Assembly (NCBI GenBank): GCA_043228905.1
Contig: JBHGNT010000011.1
Coordinates: 9,610,001-9,674,000 of the forward strand
From: Azolla caroliniana
Taxonomy: Eukaryota > Plantae > Polypodiophyta
Direction of reading: 5' to 3'
Length of the DNA stretch: 64,000 bases
Shown here piece by piece: positions 12,690 through 22,839 of this stretch (its first letter is position 1; each line of letters opens with the position of its first letter). The notes under the pieces were generated by a model, which was not told where the DNA came from, did not search any database, and worked only from the letters and a program-made list of their open reading frames with translations. Position numbers and translations under genes: made by a program.

Positions 12690-13200
12690 AGCCATGGATC
12701 CTTCGTTTGATGAAATTGATTGAGCATTTCCTCAAATTTCCCATTCTCAGCATATCTTGCAATCATGCATTCCAAGAGACTTGTTCCCAGACTGAAAGCC
12801 TGTGAAATACCACCTGTGCCTCGGCAAGTGACCCACATTTCGCATACATATCTACTAATGTATTGCCAATGAAATAATATATTTCAACAACTTTTTGTAC
12901 AATATCCTTGTGAATTTCATTGCCTGCTAATGTAGCTCTAATGCTACCACATGCTTTCAGGCAGCAAACAAGTGTGACACAGGTCTTTGCATTTGCACAA
13001 AGAGGGAGAGTGTTGTCTCACTAAATCCATGTTCCACATATCTCTAATACCACAGTAAGCAAGTCCTTCAGATTCCCACACATTGTTTGAGTCCAAGAAG
13101 AGTTCATTGTTGTCTTCAAAAAGATTGTATAATTCAAGAAGCATGCCAAAGTGCATGAAGCCACTGCTTCACCCTCCAACACCATCTTTATAGAAAATCT
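12690..13200 (-). pseudogene. Degraded PLS-PPR gene fragment
   Basis: Minus strand reads CLKACGSIRATLAGNEIHKDIVQK...FIGNTLVDMYAKCGSLAEAQVVFHRL; flanking motifs are frameshifted. Confidence 0.75.
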
Positions 13201-14427
13201 GCTTCATTTTCAACATCAACCATCTGTCCATTTTCAGATTCCATCAAGCATCCTGACATATAGACAGCAAACATATTAGTGGAAAAAACTCCCTCACCAA
13301 CTCATGATACTATGCTTCAAACCCCACACCATCTTCACTCCTCCTTATCCCTCAAAAGAATTTTGCTTCTTAATTCCACATCAACCCTCTCGCCAATTAC
13401 CACCAAATTCCTGCTCATAATAATATGCTTCAACCCCCACACCATCTACACTCATCCTTATCGCTCAAAAAGAATTTGCTTCTTACGTCCACAACAACCA
13501 TCTCGCCATTTCGCTAATCGACACCAAATTTGGCTTGCCATGTCCTTGATTTCCACCAACATCATCACTTATCATGTCCAAAATTGTTTTGTTCTAGAGT
13601 TTTGCTCTGTTTCTTTCTTCAATATGGAGGGAAGCTATGTGATGTGGTGTTGTAGAAAACCAACCAACTAGATCCATCATTCCAATAGTCACATATGGAG
13701 AATAATGAGGGCTTCAAGAAATATATGTTTGGTTCCTTGTACTCCAAGTGCAAAAGATTAGTTTGCCTGGGAGCTTTTATGTCATGTGGCCTACAATTCT
13801 ATTTTTTTTTTGGATTAGATTGATCTGGTGATAAGACTATATTATGTGATATTTGACCAATCAAATTGTGGGAAACTTGGTTAAATCTCGTCTTACAGGG
13901 CCAACTTTACGATATCTTTTCTTATCCAATGCAAATTTGAGCTCTATGGTGAAACATTTGCAACCTTCATCATAGAGCTCTAGCTTGATTTGGAAACGTT
14001 GATAGATAGTTTCTGAGCATGGCAATCTCAAGTAAGAACCACGTTCAATTGAAATTCATACATCCAAGTTTCAACAAATTGCCTTAGATATTGTTTGGAG
14101 CAATATATATCACCATCTGTTGACGTTTTTCAAAAGGGGTCTTGGAGATTGTGTTAAAGACTTCTCTGACTTTGGATAATCCCCAAAACCATCAAACAAT
14201 CTATAAAGCTCATTTTTTTATGTGATAAATGCCTATGCAACTATAAGCACATACATCGAGGTCTACTATCAATTACAACCACAAGTACATCTACTCCTCC
14301 CTGTATGGTAGTTGGTCCAATATTGATGCAAGCATATGAGTTGTTTTTTAAGGTCTTTGGTTTATTTGTGAAGCTCTATTGTCCCCTATTGAAAAACACT
14401 GACAAGAGGCCACTTTATGTTTGCATT

Positions 14428-15300
14428 CATAGAATGAACCATACGTATTATATGTGCATTCGCATTCAAGAATGATTCAATCAAATGTGTATAGTAAATC
14501 ATCTCAAAGTTGGATTGGATTTATAAGTTGAATTTCAAAAAATGACTATGGTCTATATTATATTTTGATTGAATCACATGTCAACACAATTGAAAGTTCA
14601 AAACTTAGGAATTACCTAACTACTAAACATTAGAAAGCACGAACATAAAAAGCAAATAGTTCAAAGTCATAATTGTATAGCACGAACATAAAAAGCAAAT
14701 AGTTCAAAGACATAATTGTATTGATGATGAACTCATCTTGCAATTATCAATGTTCTCATCCCGCAACTATTGAAGGTATCAATTTCTTCACTTTACAAAA
14801 AATGAGTATGAACTATAGAGATTGAATCAAAATATGTAATTATAATCTATAATTTATAATCAAATGTTCAAGAACTCATAAAACATATATTCGAGAATAT
14901 GAAGAAAACATGACACGAGCATAAAAATTTACTATGACACTAACATTAGAAAGCATGAACATAAAAAGCAAATAGTTCAAAGCCATAATTGTATTGATGA
15001 TGAGCTCATCTTGCAATTATCAATGTTCTCATCTTGCAACTAGTGAAGGTATCAATTTCTTCACTTTAGAACTTTACAAAAAAATGAATATGAACTATAT
15101 AGATTGAATCAAAATATGTCATTATAATTTATAATTTATAATCAAACATTCAAAATCTCATAAAACATATGTTCAAGAATATGAAGAAAACATGACACTA
15201 ACATAATAATAAGAATAATAATATTAATATAATAAGAGAGAGAGAAGTGACAAATTTAGATTTTGAACACAAGACATGGGCAGTAGTAGTATATTAACCT
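14428..15300. mobile_element. Truncated copy of the CATAGAATG-ended hAT non-autonomous family, with an internal ~315 bp tandem duplication
   Basis: Starts CATAGAATGAACCATACG, the reverse complement of the 58588 end; 14625-14940 is repeated at 14941-15200. Confidence 0.65.
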
Positions 15301-15919
15301 AACATGTGGATGCCCAATGAAACAAACCTAGAGTGCCATGAAAACAAGGAGCTGGTCTGAATGGTCTCTAGATGACTGATCAACATTTGCCACACTGACC
15401 TGTGTATGGTGACGAAATTTATCGCCCATGATAAGGGCAGTGGACGAATTTTTAATTTGGTATTGTTGCAATTGAAACAATCGTTATTCATTATGAAATT
15501 AGATCATTCAAGGATAGGATAATAAACCTTTCATATATTGTGCACCATCATGTCATTATAATGGTGCACAATATATACATGTGATCAAAGAATTGAAAGA
15601 ATGATAGATGGTGAAGAGACAGAACAAGCTCAGTCAACTCAGCACCAAATTTTTGGCCACTAAAATGCCAATGTTACTTTCACAACAAAGGGAAGAAACC
15701 TTCTGCAAGTATTTATTATAGAATGCTCAGCATAATCAGATGGAATGGCCAAAGAAAATTCTGGTCATCATCATGAATTATTACAATAATAACATCTAGG
15801 TTGTACTAACTAGTAAATCTATTGAAAAGCCAGTGAAAATCTGACCATCATCCTTAAGACCATTAAACAAAAATAACCTAAGTTGCTACTTGTATTCCTC
15901 TAGACATAATTCAATGCTT

Positions 15920-18187
15920 TCAAAGCTTAGCTGATGCAGGCCTGTCAAGAAACCATACTAACTTCCCCTCAGTAGGTACCACCATTTGTACAGGCAATTC
16001 ACCAGAAGGAAGATCCTCTCCAAAGGCTCTTTCAAGAACCTCTGCCTTATTAGATCCGGTTAAAACCATGGCAACTGTGGCAGCAGAGTTTATAACAGGA
16101 AAAGTAAAGGTGATTCGTTCTGGTGGTGGTTTTGGTGAATCATGGATAGATGCTATCCACTTCTCTTTTTCATGTGTCAATGGGTGTTTGGGAAATAAGG
16201 ATGCAACATGTCCGTCTGGCCCCATCCCTAGCAATATGAGATCAAACCTTGGGCAATCCGAACTTGGTAATACATCCACAATTCGGTTCTTCACGAGCTG
16301 CCTCAAACCAAATTCATAGTCCTCAGCAGCTAAATCTGCTGACAATGCATCATTGATAGAATACACTTGACCAGGAACAATTGGGACCTGAAATCAAAAT
16401 GGTCAGACCATCATCATTATGATTTTTTGTTCTCTCTTATTAATAATACAGTATTTCAGAAAATTTTAAAGTTTGTTTTTATAAGCATTAGAATTTCAGG
16501 ATGTACTTATATATGTATTTATAACTTCGTTTTAACATAATTATATGCCTATATATTGACACAGCCATTACTGGTAACTTTTTAATTTAAGCAAGCCTAA
16601 TTTTTGAAATTCTATTTACATGTAAGCATATTCCAGTGATTTACCCCAAGTTATATTCCTCTTGATAAATCTCAACCCACAATAAACGATAACCAAATAA
16701 AAAATCAGCAGGTCACCCTATATGCCTTAAGACAAGAAATCTTCAACAAAAAGACCATAATATATATGATCGTCAATATCATGTTAAACATTGCAAGTAC
16801 GTGAGAATTGGCGGTGTGCAGACCTGAATGTCTGATCTGGATCCTGTGTTGAACATATAAAGTGCAAATTGTTTATGTTCTCTCTCATGACATCGTCATC
16901 TATCTCCATTATTCGAATATTAGATAAGGTGAAACTTATGATGCCATACATCAACATAATCCATGTACACAGACAGTTTTATCTACATAATCCATGAGAT
17001 ATATATAATGGTTACATGGATAGATGGGATAACAAATCTACTTACCTGAAACCTATGCCATACATCAACATAATCCATGCACACAGGCAGTTTTTATCTA
17101 CATAATCCATGTGATTTATATATATGTATATATTGGTAAACGTGATATATAACTTCTCATACTTCAAACCTATGCTATTACATCATCTACATACTCCATA
17201 CGCACATAGATCCCTCTTGATGCATCAAATCAGTGTGGACTTACATGCATCTATATGTATCACAAAACTTGGTGGAAAATTAGCTGCATGAAATGCTTCA
17301 GTGGAGAGAGAAAAAGGTATGGCACCTTGGAGAGAAGCCCATCCTTTGCAAGTTTATAGTTACTGTCCTCATGGTTACGTGGGACAACTCTTTCATCCGC
17401 CCAAAACACGTGCCATTTGGACCAATCAATAGTCTTGGCATACGATGGCTCGCAGATCTTACTGTAAAGGAAATAAACGTAAACGTTTTCCTTTAAATAA
17501 GCAAACAATAGGAGTATTCTATTTTCAGGTTTTAAATCATCTTGCCTATGCTGCATGCAACAGAACGCATCAGGAAAATGGGGATAACACCATCAATTTC
17601 ATCTCTTGCTGAATTTAGCTGTTAACAAATCAGCTTCAGCAAAATGATGATGGCAAATTGTTGGGTCTAAACCAATATTCTGAACGATTGAACCATTTCC
17701 TTACGCATATAAGAACACGAGGGGAGGAAAGGGCAAGATATGAAAGATAAGAAAATGCCATGCCATAAATTTCTTACCTCATAATACTGATGAGAGAACC
17801 TCCAGAGAGAGCGACAGAGAAAGATCCTCTCTCCTTAATAGAAGAATCAGAGATCTGGGAGATGAAATCTGCTAGACAGGTAGAGAGTTCATCGACACTC
17901 TCGAATATTCTGACATCGCCACGCTTCTTCTCAATGCCTGTGCTGGCCATAGCTCGAGCAACGATACGCTCCCTTCTTGCTGCTGGTTTTGTTCGCGCAA
18001 AGAATCGACGGTGTAAGGGAGGTAGGGCAAGGAGGTGCGAGGTAGGAGATCTGGGGATGGAGAGAGGAGGGGAGTTGGAAGCGGGGAACTGTTTCTGGGG
18101 GTTTTGTGCAGAAGAAGAAGAAGAAGCGAGAAGACAATGGTGGTGATGATGATGATGATGATGAAGAGGAAGAAGAGATGATGCCAT
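15920..18187 (-). CDS. PGL: 6-phosphogluconolactonase, plastid/peroxisome type (PGL3-like), 337 aa; exons 18187-17778, 17461-17326, 16387-15920
   Basis: Motifs [67 protein letters not shown]; GT-AG introns join in frame (410+136+468=1014 nt); Ser/Pro/Arg-rich N-terminus; ends -SAKL*. Confidence 0.95.
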
Positions 18188-18258
18188 TCTCTACTAAAAC
18201 CTCCCTCCCTTCCTTCCGTAAAGTTCTTTTCTGTTCCTTTTTAGTCATGCTAGTTAGC

Positions 18259-18294
18259 TAGGGTTAGGGTTAGGGTTAGGGTTAGGATTAGGGT
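18259..18294. promoter_or_regulatory. Short (TTAGGG)n telomere-like/telo-box-like tract ~70-105 bp upstream of the PGL start codon
   Basis: TAGGGTTAGGGTTAGGGTTAGGGTTAGGATTAGGGT is seen directly; the regulatory role is inferred. Confidence 0.45.
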
Positions 18295-18387
18295 ACACAT
18301 GCATGCATAGGACATATCTTAGCTTCGTAGGGTATTAGTCATTCAACGGTTTTTATGCATGTAGCGGATCCGATCAGCCTAAGGGAC

Positions 18388-18435
18388 TACAATTACAATT
18401 ACAATTACAATTACAATTACAATTACACTTACAAT
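18388..18435. repeat. (TACAAT)n hexamer microsatellite
   Basis: About 7 units, read directly. Confidence 0.85.
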
Positions 18436-19330
18436 CATTGCCTTAAGAACCAACGTTAAAGGCTAATAATAATTCTAAAGGCGTGATAAATGAGAACCTG
18501 ATTATCCTCCTTGGATTTTAAGGCATTACCATAAGGATTTGGTACACGTGTGAACAAAACACCTATAGTTTGGTAGCCTTCCTCACTTGGCGAGTTTTAT
18601 AGGCCGCTCATAACATCATTAGATCTTTCCACACAGAAGAAGTTAAGTGTATATAATAAATATGTCTGAGTTTATTTCTAAATTCTAAATTGGTGTACAT
18701 AAACATATGTATAATGTTTATGTATAGTGACTCATTTAGATGTGGATCCGTAAATGTGTATATGTTTGCGAAATACGTCTACCATAAATTAATTGCTTCG
18801 TCATTGTAGAAGGGCAAAACGTCACAAAACATGTACTTGAGCGTGTATAAGTACGTGAATGTGTTTAAACGTGTATATGGGTTTGGGTTTGTGTAATTTT
18901 TGTTGGGGGAAGAAGAGCACTTTCTAAATTCTAAATTGGCACATAGGCGTTTTGTACGTTTATAGATTGTATTGTTAAATGCGGGTATTTGGGGACCAAA
19001 AGTCCCCTCACACACTCACACTCACACTTTTTTATTTGAAGGTTGGCGATTATGTGCAATAGTTATGGGGGTAAATATAAATATTAGCATTGGATATCAT
19101 TGACAGACACTAAACAACAATAGTTATTGCATCGTAGGCTGGCGAGTGCTGATTGCCCTCCTCTTCTAGGGTTCCATACTCGTTTCTTCTTTCTTTGCTA
19201 CTCCTCAACAAGCAGCAAAGAAGCACCCATTTCTTTTTACTTCACGTGGATGTTTCCTCAAAGGGATCCCTTTCGTGTTCCTGAAGCTCTCTTTCTTTTC
19301 CTCCACCACAAAAAATTCTTCATTGACAAT

Positions 19331-19410
19331 GTGAGCATTACCTAATGGTAGGGTGCCACATTCTCAAAATCTAATAGGTGTGGGTTTGAGTCTTGTCGAT
19401 CGGCATTTTT
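19331..19410 (+). other. tRNA-derived (SINE-like) relic
   Basis: A-box-like TACCTAATGGTAG and B-box-like GGGTTTGAGTC at tRNA-like spacing, followed by a T run; no intact cloverleaf. Confidence 0.35.
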
Positions 19411-21469
19411 CCTTTCTTGATGTAAACTTTGCTCACAAAATTAGCACTTTTTTTTTCTTATGTGGTTTTTCAGCCATGTTTGGATTTCGAAGCTGAAAAT
19501 TCAATAGTGACCTCTAGTTCAAATCTCGAACCACTTGGGCAAAATTACAAGTCTCTCACCAAATACATAAATTAAAATACATGAGGGCAAAAAATAGTTT
19601 ATGAGGTTTAAAACATAATTACAACCAACCTTGGCCACAATTTGACGATTCGACATATACATACATACATACATACATACCAACGTGTCTATTATGACAC
19701 AAATCATAAAGAGGGTTGGTGAGGGAATCGCCGCCATAGACAGTGTAGGTCGCTCAGAGGAAGGCATGTGCGATTTGCACAGTCAGATTTCGATAAGAAA
19801 GAGGGCGCGAAAAAAAAAGTTCTATAGAGGTCGCCCAACCCTGTCAGATGTCGCCCAACCAACTTAATAATCGACGCAGGTCGCCCAACCGTATATTTTT
19901 AAAACAGTTGGGTGACTGGTTTAAGCAGGTCGCCCAACCAACTCAATATAAGATGCAGGTCGCCCAACTGACTACTATAAAAACCTGAAACCTATCATTA
20001 TCTCTCATTTTTTCAAATGAGATTGACAGGGTTTTTTTGTCGAGAAAGAAAACTATCGTCAGGCGGCCTGCAATCGACATAAGTGGGAATCAATCTCCTC
20101 CATCACTATTTGTAGGTATGTACTAAACCCTATTGCATCACTTTTTCTGATTTTTTTTACATGTGGTAGGAATAGTTGAGGGATTAGGGTTTGGAATAGT
20201 TGAGGGATTTTTTTTCTTGTTGAGGGATTAGGGTTTTACTACATAAAAGGAAGGAATAGACTATATAGAGGGCATCTAATTATTGCAACATGATAAGTAG
20301 GATATAACATATGGGGAGATTTGGAAGTGAAGGATTAGGGTTTAGGGTTTAGGGTCATAAGGTACATGGGTCATACCATCACTGAATCATGGAGATCATT
20401 GCTCACCATGTCTGATCCACACAAGAAAACCTAGATACACTTGTTGAACTTCGTCATAGTCTCATTCCACCACACCAACTAACCTAATCATTCTACCACA
20501 AGCATTAAGATAATGACGATGGAGCTTTGGGAAATCTAGAGCTTGTATTTCTGTTTCAAAATGGATGACACATGGATTCAGCCATATTTGCAATCATAAT
20601 TTGTGTCATGGGTTGATTTTGGCCTCTAGCAAATGTTAATAGATTTTCTTCATCACTTTTAAGGTTAGGATGAATGACATTCTATTTCTTAAGGAACATA
20701 ACCAAGCTTTAGTTTTCAATGAATTTAAGTTGTAATGAGATCTTTTGACAAGGCAACAATGATATGACCGTTTAATGTATATGAGATCGTGACAACTCAA
20801 TAATACCTAAAATGCAAATTTTAGTGCTTGATATGTGTAAATGAATGCCATGGCTCCAGTCGTGGCTGAAAGACTGCTTCTTGAGGCAACATCATGGTGA
20901 CCCAGATTGCGTATTGGTAGCCTCCCAAATGGCACTGAACGTTTGACATCGATTCTTGATTGTCTATTCATGGATGAGACATGGAAACCCTAAACCCTTT
21001 TTTATTGAGGTGAAGAGATGTATCATTTCCAACATAATTTAGTAGTTGAATGCACTCTTCTATTTAAAGATTAGTTGATGATAAATGTGCAAGTGAATCA
21101 TTAGTTAATCATCGTGCAAATGTTGTCATTTGCGAATTGCGTGTTCATAAATAACTTATTTTAATGGTTTGGCACGTGGTTTGGTCACCATTTCACATGT
21201 TTAGAGTTAGTAATGTTTACATATGAAAGTTTCCGTTTAGAAAAGTTTAGGTTGTTTTGGTTCTCTTCTAGACTGTATACATACTAAAAAAGGAACAAAG
21301 GGAAAGGAGTACAAGCATTGACCATTTCTGAATAATGGGTTGTATATGAATCAAGGATGTAAACATATGGAAGCGGCGATGCTATATTAGATATACTTAG
21401 ATAAATCTGCATATGGCCAAATTTATGTCTTCAAGTTTTAATGTCTTTTTTTGTAATTTATTGTGAAAC

Positions 21470-21860
21470 TTGGACAACGTGCGAAGAATGGCAGAGTTGG
21501 CGATTCAGACCATTTCATTTGAACTGTCAAACCACACCATTGTGTCCGAGGGTCGACATCACGTATTGCACATCCCAACTCAGCCAAATTGTTGGGATTG
21601 TGGCTTTTACGTGATGAAGACTATCCAGATGTTGGTGGAAGAGTTCTTATGAGGATGGATATCTCTGACTTTTGTAAGTGTAATTGCAATGCCTTATTCA
21701 TGTGGATTGTGTATAGATGTGTTCTTATACATATTTGGTGACAGGGCACAGAGATGTGGTTCACCAAACGCGAAGTGGATTCACTTCGGATTCATGTGGA
21801 CGAGTGGGCACGAAGGGTACTAGGATTTGCACCTATGACCGGTGGCCCCATATTGTAAAT
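21470..21860 (+). pseudogene. Ulp1/C48 SUMO-protease-like remnant inside the MULE
   Basis: IPTQPNCWDCGFYVMKTI matches the C48 catalytic motif PQQxNxxDCGxFV; after a GT-AG intron (~21674-21744) the sequence reads WFTKREVDSLR, like Ulp C-termini. Confidence 0.65.
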
Positions 21861-22839
21861 TTTGTGTCTGTTGTTTTCAACACAGATTTTGTTATAGAGC
21901 TGATGTTGTAACTATATTTTGGAATCCACACAAATTTTGTATAGCGAGAATCGACTCATTGTATATCGCGAGTACTTATTAATGGAAAAGTTGTTTACAA
22001 CAAGTGTTTATCTCAAGTTGATTTGTTGTTTTAAACCAATCTCAAGTTGTGATCTCCAATTGATTTGATGTTTTAAACCAATCTCAAGTGTAAATCAATC
22101 TCAAATTGTTATCTTAAGTTGGTTTGTTGTTTTAAACAAATCTCAAGTGTAAACCAATTGATTTGCAATTTAAACCAATCGATCACCCAACCCTTGTAAA
22201 AAACATAAATGGTAATAAACAAGGTTGCCCAAACCTCTTTAAATTAATCCTCTCATAACCCAAGTCGCCCAAACCTCTTAAACCTCATTCTCTCATAATC
22301 CAAGTCGCCCAACCTGTTTAAATATGGAAAATAAGCAGGTCACCTAACCTATATTTACCAGGTCACCCAACCTTCGTAAAAAACATCGATGGTAATAAAG
22401 AAGGTCGCCCAAACCTGTTAAAAATCATTCTCTGTCCTAAACCAAGTCACCCAACCATTTTAAAAAATAGCCTGCAATCAAAATCCAAGTCGCCCAACGT
22501 CTTTTAATATGGTCACCCAACCATAAGCCAGGTCGCCCAACTTGTTAATCACATTCGGCCAAAAAAACGCTCATATTAACATGTAAATTAATCACATTTT
22601 AAGTCACATTAAACCCTTCACCGTCATTTTAACAAAGCTGATTCCATCTCCAATTAATTACCTCTTAACATCAGATTCAATTAATCACATTCTCTATCTT
22701 AATCCAGATCAATTAATCACATTCTCTATCTTAATCCAGATCAATTAATCACATTCTTTGACTTAATAGGTTCAATTAATCACATTCTTTGTCTTAAATT
22801 ACCTCTGATTAATCACTACAAGAATTAGAAGTTGTCAAG

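Noticed and set aside
19331-19410. Functional tRNA gene
   Set aside because: Only degenerate A/B boxes; the acceptor and anticodon stems do not pair.
19685-19867. Pair of similar short ORFs (this one and 26330-26515 on the minus strand)
   Set aside because: They are the two TIRs of the MULE read inward, not genes.
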